Assembly (NCBI GenBank): GCA_049968255.1
Contig: JBMFRB010000017.1
Coordinates: forward strand, 1-14,112
From: Candidatus Sumerlaeaceae bacterium
Lineage (GTDB): Bacteria > Sumerlaeota > Sumerlaeia > Sumerlaeales > Sumerlaeaceae
Direction: 5' to 3'
Length of the DNA stretch: 14,112 bases
Shown here one piece after another: positions 6,587 to 14,112 of this stretch (positions are counted from its first letter, which is position 1; each line of letters starts with the position of its first letter). A program made the translations under genes and the position numbers. The notes beneath the pieces are model-generated. The model made no database searches and was not told where the DNA came from. It saw only the letters and a program-made list of their open reading frames with translations.

Positions 6587-6627
6587 CCTGTTGCCTTCCT
6601 CTTTTCATGGCCTCGAATTCCGGTGCC

Positions 6628-8193
6628 ATGGCACGAATCGAAACAGCACTTCTCAGCGTTTACCGAAAAGACGGACTTGTCGATTTTGCACGCGTGTTGG
6701 CTGCGCGTGGGGTGACGATTCTTTCCACGGGCGGCACACTGCGCACGCTTGCCGATCACGGGATCGGGGCGGTAAGCGTGTCAGAATATACCGGCCAAGC
6801 GGAAATTCTCGGCGGTCGCGTGAAGACGCTGCACCCAAAGATTTTTGCTGGCATTTTGGCCCGTCGTAGTGATGCGAGCGACCTGGAGACTCTGGCACGC
6901 GATGGCATGCGCCCAATAGATCTTGTGGTTGTGAGTCTCTATCCCTTCGAGCAAACTGTGGCAAAACCAGATGTCTTGATTCCCGAGGCAATCGAGCAAA
7001 TTGACATTGGCGGCGTTGCCCTGTTGCGCGCAGCAGCGAAGAATCACACGTTTGTCTACGTTGTGTGCGACGAGGCAGATTACGGGGCGATCCTAGAAGT
7101 GCTTGATAAGGAGGAAGGAAAGGAGACAAGGGCGCTAAGAAGGCGATTGGCTGTGAAGGCATTCCAGCGAACAGCCGCCTACGATGCGGCAATAGCGAAT
7201 TATCTTGCTAGCATTGAAGCGGAGGGTGGCGAAGGGCGGCGCTCGCAATTCCCAAGCGAATTTTTCGTTTCTCTACCTAAGATACAGGATCTTCGCTATG
7301 GCGAGAACCCTCACCAGCAGGCAGCTTTTTATGCGCATAACGCGAACGGCGAGACGAGTTTGGCAACTGCTCGGCAACTCCACGGCAAAGAGCTTTCTTA
7401 TAATAACATCATTGATCTGGATTCGGCGCTTGAGATTGTGCGGGCTTTCGACGAGCCGTGCTGCGCCATTATTAAGCACAACAATCCGTGTGGCGTGGCG
7501 CGCGCCGAAAAATTGGCGGAAGCTTTCCGCGCTGCACTTGCCTGTGATCCGGTGAGCGCTTTCGGCGGTGTCATCGGACTCAACCGCGAAGTGGATGCGG
7601 ATACGGCTGCAGCGATGGCCGATTTATTCGTCGAAGCCATCGTTGCGCCGGCATTTGCTGAGGAGGCGCTGACAGTGCTGACCAAAAAGAAGAATTTGCG
7701 GTTACTCGCCACGGGACCATTCACGCCTGTGCTGGAGCGATGGATGTTGAGAAGCGTGGTGGGCGGCGTGCTGGTGCAAACGCGTGACACTGGAATGGTC
7801 ACACGCGAGCAGTTGAAAGTGGTGACGAAACTGCAACCAACCGAAGAAGACATCGATGCTTTGTTGTTCGCGTGGAAGGTGGCCAAGTTCGTAAAATCGA
7901 ACGCCATTGTGTACACGTCGCGCAATGCGACGATCGGAATTGGTGCGGGGCAAATGAGTCGTATTGATTCTACGAATATCGCGGCGGTGAAAGCACAAAG
8001 TCCGGTGCGTGGCGCTTACATGGCAAGCGACGCCTTCTTTCCGTTCCGCGACAATGTGGATCGGGCTGCCGATATGGGGATCAGGGCCATCATTCAGCCT
8101 GGCGGCAGTGTGCGCGATGCGGAGGTGATTCAGGCCGCTGATGAGCGTGGGCTCATTATGGTTTTTACGGGGATGCGGCATTTTCGGCATTGA
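6628..8193 (+). CDS. purH: Bifunctional AICAR transformylase / IMP cyclohydrolase
   Basis: ALLSV, ILSTGGT, GGRVKTLHPKI, IDIGG, LRYGENPHQ, GKELSYNN, IIKHNNPCG, KSNAIV, GAGQMSRIDS, ASDAFFPF, IIQPGGSVRD and terminal TGMRHFRH. ATG 6628 fits the homolog N-terminus (ATG 6607 is an alternative). Confidence 0.98.
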   Translation: MARIETALLSVYRKDGLVDFARVLAARGVTILSTGGTLRTLADHGIGAVSVSEYTGQAEILGGRVKTLHPKIFAGILARRSDASDLETLARDGMRPIDLVVVSLYPFEQTVAKPDVLIPEAIEQIDIGGVALLRAAAKNHTFVYVVCDEADYGAILEVLDKEEGKETRALRRRLAVKAFQRTAAYDAAIANYLASIEAEGGEGRRSQFPSEFFVSLPKIQDLRYGENPHQQAAFYAHNANGETSLATARQLHGKELSYNNIIDLDSALEIVRAFDEPCCAIIKHNNPCGVARAEKLAEAFRAALACDPVSAFGGVIGLNREVDADTAAAMADLFVEAIVAPAFAEEALTVLTKKKNLRLLATGPFTPVLERWMLRSVVGGVLVQTRDTGMVTREQLKVVTKLQPTEEDIDALLFAWKVAKFVKSNAIVYTSRNATIGIGAGQMSRIDSTNIAAVKAQSPVRGAYMASDAFFPFRDNVDRAADMGIRAIIQPGGSVRDAEVIQAADERGLIMVFTGMRHFRH

Positions 8194-8454
8194 TGAGGTG
8201 CCGCCGCGGGCTACCGGCGTCCAGGCCTGCAAACGAAGAACACAATGCGCCGGTGCGCCTGGAGCGAGTGAGCCCTCACGAATTCGAGAAACGCCCTGCT
8301 TCTGGTGGAACTCGGCCAGTGGAGAAGTGCGTCGCCAGAAAAGCCGGGTTCTGCGTAACGCCCTAGGGTAGGCTGCAAAGAATTTCGCCTCGTATACCTC
8401 GCATTTTACAGGGGACAGGTGAAGCCGCTCGCGAGGGCCAAACCCCGAGACGAG

Positions 8455-9858
8455 TCAATTCTTCTCAAGAAGTGTGCGCACGCATTCCTTGAAATGACGT
8501 CCACGCTCTTCGAAATTGCGGTACATATCGTAGCTGGCGCATGCTGGTGAAAGGAGAACGACGTCGCCGGCTTGTGCAAGCTGTGCGGCACGTTGCACTG
8601 CCTCTTCCATCGTGCGGGCACGTTCTGAGGGAACCCAACGGCTCCACGCATCTTCGATGAGCGGGGCCGCCTCACCCAAGGTGATGAGTGCTTTGACGCG
8701 CTCGCGTATAAGTGGTGTGAGAGAGGCGTAATCGCTTTTTTTGTCGCGCCCACCCGCGATAAGAACGATCGGTGCGGTGAAGCTGAGCAGAGCTTTTTCC
8801 AGCGAATCGAGATTTGTTGCTTTCGAGTCGTTGTAGAAGCGCACGCCTTGGCGCTCACCGCAAAATTCGATGCGGTGCTCGACGCCGCGAAACGTGCGTA
8901 GACCTTCGCGGATGGAATCAATGGAGGCTCCGGCAAGAAACGCAGCAAGAGCTGCAGCTAGGGCATTTTCCTGATTGTGGCGGCCTGGCAGGGGGAGCTC
9001 ATTTTTCCGGACAAGCCTTATGGTGCCAACGTCGTCCGTTTCGAGGGTGAGCCAATCCCCTGCTATTCCGGCACCGCCGCTCGCGGGGCACGCCGAGGCC
9101 GAAAAAGGATACCTCCGAACAGGAGTTCGTGGAGCAAAACTGGCACTGTCGGGATTATCTGCATTCCAAACGAAAGCATCCGATGGCTGCATGTTGCGCA
9201 AAAGATTCTCCTTCGCTGCAACATACTCGTGGTAAGTGGGATAACGATCGAGATGGTCGGGGGCCAAATTCGTGAGGACGGCAACGGAGGGATGGAATTC
9301 TTCAATATCTTCGAGTTGGAAGCTGCTGACTTCTGCAACAAAGATGGGGGGCACAGTGGTGTCGGTAGGCTGTACCAAGGCATGAAATACAGCCTCCGAA
9401 AAGGGATGCCCGATGTTCGCACAGGCGATGGCGTGAAAGCCGGCGGTACTGAGCAAGTGGGCGATCCAAGCGGTTGTTGTGGTTTTGCCATTTGTGCCAG
9501 TGACTGCAACGAGCTTGCTACGGTGTGGCAAAAAGGCAGCGGCCACTTCGATTTCGCTGACGATTCGTACGCGTTGCTCACGGGCCGCTACGATAAGGGG
9601 ATTTGTCTGTGGAATGCCTGGACTTTTGACTAAAATCTCAGCGCTTGCGATTGCCCGCGAGGAAGCTTCGGTGCCCCATTCCGTAGGGATTCCCAGAGCC
9701 GCGAGTTGCGTGGCTTGTTCCGCAACGTCTTCGGCACGCTTCTGATCGATAACGACAACCTTGGCGCCGGCATGAGCTAAGAGGCGTGCTGCACTTATCC
9801 CACTGAGCGCCGCCCCGAAGACGACCACTCGGCGGCCACTCACTTCGTCTCGTTTCAT
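8455..9858 (-). CDS. murD: UDP-N-acetylmuramoyl-L-alanine--D-glutamate ligase
   Basis: VKSPGIP, SEIE, AVTGTNGKTTT (P-loop), EVSSFQLE, NLAPDHLDRY, HNQEN, EHRIE, YNDSKATN, LIAGGRDK and LLSPACASYDMYRNFEERG. Confidence 0.97.
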   Translation of the reverse strand: MKRDEVSGRRVVVFGAALSGISAARLLAHAGAKVVVIDQKRAEDVAEQATQLAALGIPTEWGTEASSRAIASAEILVKSPGIPQTNPLIVAAREQRVRIVSEIEVAAAFLPHRSKLVAVTGTNGKTTTTAWIAHLLSTAGFHAIACANIGHPFSEAVFHALVQPTDTTVPPIFVAEVSSFQLEDIEEFHPSVAVLTNLAPDHLDRYPTYHEYVAAKENLLRNMQPSDAFVWNADNPDSASFAPRTPVRRYPFSASACPASGGAGIAGDWLTLETDDVGTIRLVRKNELPLPGRHNQENALAAALAAFLAGASIDSIREGLRTFRGVEHRIEFCGERQGVRFYNDSKATNLDSLEKALLSFTAPIVLIAGGRDKKSDYASLTPLIRERVKALITLGEAAPLIEDAWSRWVPSERARTMEEAVQRAAQLAQAGDVVLLSPACASYDMYRNFEERGRHFKECVRTLLEKN

Positions 9859-9873
9859 TGCTGTCCTCGGTTG

Positions 9874-10827
9874 CTATTGGCCACGCCGCTGAAAGAAACC
9901 GATGCCTTCCCAGCGATACGAGGGACGCGTTTGCGTCTGCTTGAGGAAGACGTCAATATGGCGTGTATCGTTCGGTCGCACGTAAATGTTTGTCTGATAG
10001 GGCTCGTAGCCATTCTTTTCCAGACGCAGGCTGTGGTAACCGACTTCGAGACGATCAATGATGTGCGGTGTGCGGCCATAATATTCGCCGTCAATGTAAA
10101 CCCGCGCGTTGTCCGGTGTGGAATCAATTTCAATCCGCCCATAGCGCGCCACTTTATATTCGCGCGGCGGCATGCGATCTGGCCCCATTACGTAGAACGT
10201 TGTCCAGTCTTCCGCCCAAAAATTTTCGCGCGGGAGGGGGCGGACAGGATGAATGCCTCGCGCTGAGGGCTCAGTGCGAAAACTCTCGATTCGACGCACG
10301 AGCGCTGCAGCGCCTTCGCGCGAAGCCGGATAGGGATTCCGCCGCGAGTAGCGATGCCATTCTTTCAGAAAGGGGAAATCTTGTGCGACAGCCACAATAG
10401 TTAGCTTTTCGTTGCCTTGGGGTCCGTTGATCTCGAGATCATACGTGCGATCGGGGATCATGTAGCGACGGCCGGCGCGGAGGTAGTTATCACGATCATA
10501 GTAGTTAGGGAAAATTTGTCGAGTGATCCCCGCCGCATCGGTGTTGAAGATGAACACATAGGCATCGCGGTTGACGCTGAAGTAGATGCGAATGGGGTCG
10601 CCGATGTGATAGCGCGAGCGGTCGGTGTGGATGTTCACTTTCAGAACTCCCTCTCGCGGTCGCGGAACGATGGCAACGCGGGAGGACACGTCGGGAGCTT
10701 CGTATTCGCCCTGCAAAGGCTTGTAGGAGCCGGCCCCCTCGACGACCGCGGCAGCGGGAACTGAGGGGGGAACGGCCGCGAGAGCTAGCAGCAGGCAAAG
10801 CAGTGGTCCACAGATTCGAGCTTTCAT
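9874..10827 (-). CDS. Secreted DUF4384 + PEGA domain protein
   Basis: Signal peptide MKARICGPLLCLLLALAAVPPSVPA. YHIGDPIRIYFSVNRDAYVFIFNTDAAGITRQIFPN...GPQGNE is DUF4384-like. GRIEIDSTPDNARVYIDGEYYGRTP...GYHSLRLEKNGYEPY is a PEGA domain. Strong SD AAGGAG. Confidence 0.88.
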   Translation of the reverse strand: MKARICGPLLCLLLALAAVPPSVPAAAVVEGAGSYKPLQGEYEAPDVSSRVAIVPRPREGVLKVNIHTDRSRYHIGDPIRIYFSVNRDAYVFIFNTDAAGITRQIFPNYYDRDNYLRAGRRYMIPDRTYDLEINGPQGNEKLTIVAVAQDFPFLKEWHRYSRRNPYPASREGAAALVRRIESFRTEPSARGIHPVRPLPRENFWAEDWTTFYVMGPDRMPPREYKVARYGRIEIDSTPDNARVYIDGEYYGRTPHIIDRLEVGYHSLRLEKNGYEPYQTNIYVRPNDTRHIDVFLKQTQTRPSYRWEGIGFFQRRGQ

Positions 10828-10988
10828 GGATTATTCTCCTTCTTTTTCCCGGCCTTCACATGCGCGGGGTGAGTGTCCCTTCACCCAACGTTGAGCCAAA
10901 ATCACGCCATTGTGTGTCATACAATCTGAATAGCTCTTTGGAAACAACAAGCCAATCTGACAAGGAAATAGTGCGGCTCACGTGATGA

Positions 10989-12593
10989 TCATTCAACGGT
11001 TTTGGCCAATGGTAACCGGACAATGGCCAAGGTGCCACCGCCTTCCGGGGAGCTGATGATTAGCTCGCCACCATGGAGAGCCGCGAGGGCTCGCGCGAGA
11101 TAGAGCCCGACGCCGAGCCCGCCACTGGTCCGCGTCACAAGCGGCTCGCCGGGCTGGAAGCGAAGTGTTTCGCAAATCACCAACTGAGGCGGAATGCCGG
11201 GCCCATAGTCGCGGATCGAGATCTCGAGGGTTCCGTCTGGCTGGGCTTGCGCTGCGATTTCTACAACCGCCGCTTGAGGCGAGTACTTGATCGCGTTGTC
11301 GACGAGAGCACTCACGATCTGGCTGAAACGGCGCACGTCGACGTTGGCCGTGATTGGAACGCAGGAGAGCTTAAGCCGAATCTTCTTTTTTTCAGCATCG
11401 GACTCAAAAAGGCGGACGGTGTCGGCAAGCACTTCCTCAATGTGCGCGAGTTGTTTGTCGAGAACGAGGGCGCCTCGCTCGAGCTCGTGAAGATCGAGAA
11501 GCGAATTGACGACCGTGAGGAGGCGCCGCGAGTTGCTGGAGACAATGTGAAGCAGCTTTGCCCAGTCGGAACACTGGCTGTCGGTCGGCGTGCCAAGCAG
11601 CATATCACTTGCTGCCTGAATCGCTGTGAAAGGTGTTCGAAGTTCGTGCGCGAGGAGCGAGAGAAATTGCGATTTGTAACTGTCGACCTGCGCACTGGCA
11701 CTGATATCGCGGACGGCAAGAAGTGCGAGGGGTTGGCCGGACTTCGAGTTCATCGGAGAAATAAAGACTTCCATGTCCGCTCTAATATTGGCAGGAAACG
11801 AGAGTGATTCCACCAGCGCACAACGTGGAGCGGCCGCGAGCACTTCGCGTAATCTCCCAAGCGTTTCCGTACCGTCGAGTTGAGGCCACAGATCGAGGAG
11901 CGATCTTCCCTGCACTTTGGTTTCGGAACTGAGTTGCAACCAGCAAGACGCCTCAGCGTTCACGTGGCGAACGACAAGCGAGCGGTCCACGATGACGACC
12001 GCGCATTGCACGGCGTCGAGTACCGATTTGAAAAGATCCGCAATATCATCGCAGCGAGTGGACAACTGGAAATTCGCAATTCCGAGACCAACAAAGCCAG
12101 CAATGGCAACAAGGATATCGAGCTCCTCGCGACCCAACGGGTCGGCATCGGCACGGCTGTTCGCATTGAGCACACCTACGACCTCGCCGCTGACCAAGAT
12201 CGGCACAGAGACGAAGGACTTTGTGGAGTAGCGTTCGTGATGGGCAGCGTGGGCGAATTCAGATTGGGAGATGTCTTCCACTAGGACGGGCTTGCGCTCG
12301 TGGACGACGCGGCCCGAAATCCCTTCGCCGATTGGAATCTCGATTGCCGGCCAGAATTTCTCTGGAATACCTGCGGCAGCTGCTAGCGTGAGGACTCCCC
12401 TATCGCGATGCAGAAGCAGTACGCTGCAGCGGTCGAGGTCAAATGTGGTTCGGATGAGATTCACGATTGCAAGAAGTGTGGTATCCAGCGACTTGTTCGA
12501 ACTAAACACCTGGCCTATCCGCGAGACTAGCTGTGCGCTGCGGAGCCTACGCCGACGGCCCACATCCTTCGCATTCTCTGTTTTACGAGTCAT
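10989..12593 (-). CDS. Cytoplasmic GAF-PAS sensor histidine kinase
   Basis: GAF (GEGISGRV, SFVSVPI, VVGVLN), PAS-like region (AVVIVD...VNAEA), H-box LAHELRTP, N-box LVDNAIKYS, G1 IRDYGPGIP, G2 GGLGVGLYLA. No transmembrane segment visible. Confidence 0.93.
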   Translation of the reverse strand: MTRKTENAKDVGRRRRLRSAQLVSRIGQVFSSNKSLDTTLLAIVNLIRTTFDLDRCSVLLLHRDRGVLTLAAAAGIPEKFWPAIEIPIGEGISGRVVHERKPVLVEDISQSEFAHAAHHERYSTKSFVSVPILVSGEVVGVLNANSRADADPLGREELDILVAIAGFVGLGIANFQLSTRCDDIADLFKSVLDAVQCAVVIVDRSLVVRHVNAEASCWLQLSSETKVQGRSLLDLWPQLDGTETLGRLREVLAAAPRCALVESLSFPANIRADMEVFISPMNSKSGQPLALLAVRDISASAQVDSYKSQFLSLLAHELRTPFTAIQAASDMLLGTPTDSQCSDWAKLLHIVSSNSRRLLTVVNSLLDLHELERGALVLDKQLAHIEEVLADTVRLFESDAEKKKIRLKLSCVPITANVDVRRFSQIVSALVDNAIKYSPQAAVVEIAAQAQPDGTLEISIRDYGPGIPPQLVICETLRFQPGEPLVTRTSGGLGVGLYLARALAALHGGELIISSPEGGGTLAIVRLPLAKTVE

Positions 12594-12813
12594 GGAATTG
12601 CGATTTAGTTCTCACGCTTTCGTTTTGGCAATGAATCTGCGCGAGAAGGGTAACGACCTGCAAGAAGTGAATTCAGCTCTCCGCAGAAAAAAAGACGGCG
12701 AAATTGCATTTCGACCGTGGGATCGTGGAAAAGGCTTGAAGTTGGATAGCAGGACTTCGCACCTAGCGTTGGCTTTGCTGAGTGAGCCCCAAAATTGCGA
12801 GTGAGGTTCAGTT

Positions 12814-14112
12814 TTGGCGCAAAGGCAAGACGTGAAAAAGATCCTTATTATTGGCAGCGGCCCCATTGTGATTGGTCAGGCTTGCGAGTTCGACTATTCT
12901 GGAACTCAAGGCTGCAAGGCGCTGCGTGAAAACGGTTACGAGGTGGTGCTGGTCAATTCCAATCCCGCGACAATCATGACAGATCCGGCTTTCGGCGACC
13001 GCACCTATATTGAACCGCTAACGCCGGAAGTGGTCGAGAGTATCATTGAGCGTGAGCGACCGGACGCACTGCTTCCGACGCTGGGCGGCCAAACAGCACT
13101 CAACATCGCGATGGAGCTGGTGAGTCGAGGTGTGCTCGAGCGTTTTGGGTGCAAGCTGATAGGGGCTAGTAGTGAAGCGATCGAGCGGGCTGAAAACCGC
13201 ATGAGCTTCAAGCAGACGATGCTCGAGATCGGTCTGGATGTCCCACGAAGCTCTATCATCAAAGCACAGAGTGGGCGCGAAGAGCACATCCGGCGGGCTG
13301 TGTTCGAGGCTCTTGATGAGGCCGTGAAGATTGGTTTTCCAATCATCATCCGTCCTTCGTTCACTTTGGGCGGAACTGGCGGCGGCATCGCCTACAATTC
13401 AGAAGAATTTGATAGGCTCGCGCAACGCGGTCTAACTCTTTCGCCAATTCACGAGATCATGATCGAGGAATGTGTGCTCGGATGGAAGGAATTCGAGCTC
13501 GAGGTCATGCGTGACATGCATGACAATGTTGTGATCATCTGCTCGATCGAGAATCTCGACCCCATGGGTGTGCACACAGGAGATTCTATCACCGTTGCGC
13601 CAATTCAGACGCTTACCGACCGTGAATATCAGGCTATGCGCGACGATGCGCTGAGAATAATTCGTGCAATAGGGGTGGACACCGGCGGCAGCAATATTCA
13701 GTTTGCTGTGGATCCAAAGACTGGCCGCCGCGTTGTGATTGAGATGAATCCCCGTGTGTCGCGTTCGAGCGCGTTGGCAAGTAAGGCTACGGGATTCCCG
13801 ATCGCGAAGATCGCCGCCAAGCTGGCGACGGGCTACCGGCTTGATGAAATTCCTAACGACATCACCAAGAAGACGCCGGCTTGCTTCGAGCCGACGATTG
13901 ATTACTGCGTGGTGAAGATCCCGCGCTTCGCTTTCGAGAAATTCCCGGGCGCCGAGCCGATTCTGGGATCGCAGATGAAGTCTGTCGGCGAAACCATGGC
14001 CATCGGCCGCACCTTCAAGGAGGCTTTGCAGAAAGGAATTCGCGGGCTGGAAATTGGCCGTGCAGGACTAGGGGGCGATGGGAAGCACAACTACGACCCG
14101 ACTGCCGACGAT
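12814..14112 (+). CDS. carB: Carbamoyl-phosphate synthase large subunit, 3' end outside window
   Basis: From TTG 12814 (SD GAGGT 12803-12807) the frame reads [32 protein letters not shown]...[12 protein letters not shown]...[10 protein letters not shown]...[13 protein letters not shown]...[12 protein letters not shown]...GVHTGDS...[24 protein letters not shown]...[14 protein letters not shown] and stays open to the window end. Confidence 0.97.
   Translation, partial: MAQRQDVKKILIIGSGPIVIGQACEFDYSGTQGCKALRENGYEVVLVNSNPATIMTDPAFGDRTYIEPLTPEVVESIIERERPDALLPTLGGQTALNIAMELVSRGVLERFGCKLIGASSEAIERAENRMSFKQTMLEIGLDVPRSSIIKAQSGREEHIRRAVFEALDEAVKIGFPIIIRPSFTLGGTGGGIAYNSEEFDRLAQRGLTLSPIHEIMIEECVLGWKEFELEVMRDMHDNVVIICSIENLDPMGVHTGDSITVAPIQTLTDREYQAMRDDALRIIRAIGVDTGGSNIQFAVDPKTGRRVVIEMNPRVSRSSALASKATGFPIAKIAAKLATGYRLDEIPNDITKKTPACFEPTIDYCVVKIPRFAFEKFPGAEPILGSQMKSVGETMAIGRTFKEALQKGIRGLEIGRAGLGGDGKHNYDPTADD

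Noticed and set aside
6517-6627. purH extension from 6517 and a ZMP/ZTP riboswitch in the purH leader
   Set aside because: The extension overlaps the upstream gene and precedes the homologous N-terminus. The 67-nt gap lacks the GACUGGCG and CGCCUGGGC elements. Loosely similar words occur after purH (8213-8263), but in the wrong place and without the rest of the aptamer.
12625-12641. Sigma54-like TTGGCAATGAATCTGCG upstream of carB
   Set aside because: The GG-N10-GC spacing is correct, but the match is partial and lies about 170 nt from the start. A closer sigma70-like candidate exists, and it cannot be supported without TSS data.
13005-14090. Minus-strand ORFs in the last 1.1 kb
   Set aside because: They are antisense to the clearly recognisable carB frame.
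1-14112. CRISPR array, IS element, prophage or defence genes
   Set aside because: I found no regularly spaced repeats, terminal inverted repeats, or transposase, integrase or phage-like ORFs on reading either strand.

Overview
Bacterial chromosomal window, roughly mid-50s % GC by eye, with no mobile element. It opens with two tandem type II/IV pseudopilin-like genes (the first 5'-truncated). They share a conserved framework, including a C-terminal YDPTNGTVSxGDI motif, and each has its own intrinsic terminator. I associate this family with BRC1/Sumerlaeota-type genomes, which is an inference. Next come a Cys-motif/DUF4032-like protein, deoB (-), tRNA-Arg(CCT) and an AI-2E transporter (-) whose stop codon overlaps the tRNA 3' end. 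A two-gene bacterial microcompartment (BMC) module follows: a BMC-H shell protein and a flavoprotein-fold protein with an encapsulation-peptide-like N-terminus. The rest is purH, murD (-), a secreted DUF4384/PEGA protein (-), a soluble GAF-PAS histidine kinase (-) and the 5' part of carB, which the ORF track misses because it runs off the window. The two best leads are the framework/variable-loop pseudopilin family and the satellite BMC module near deoB.
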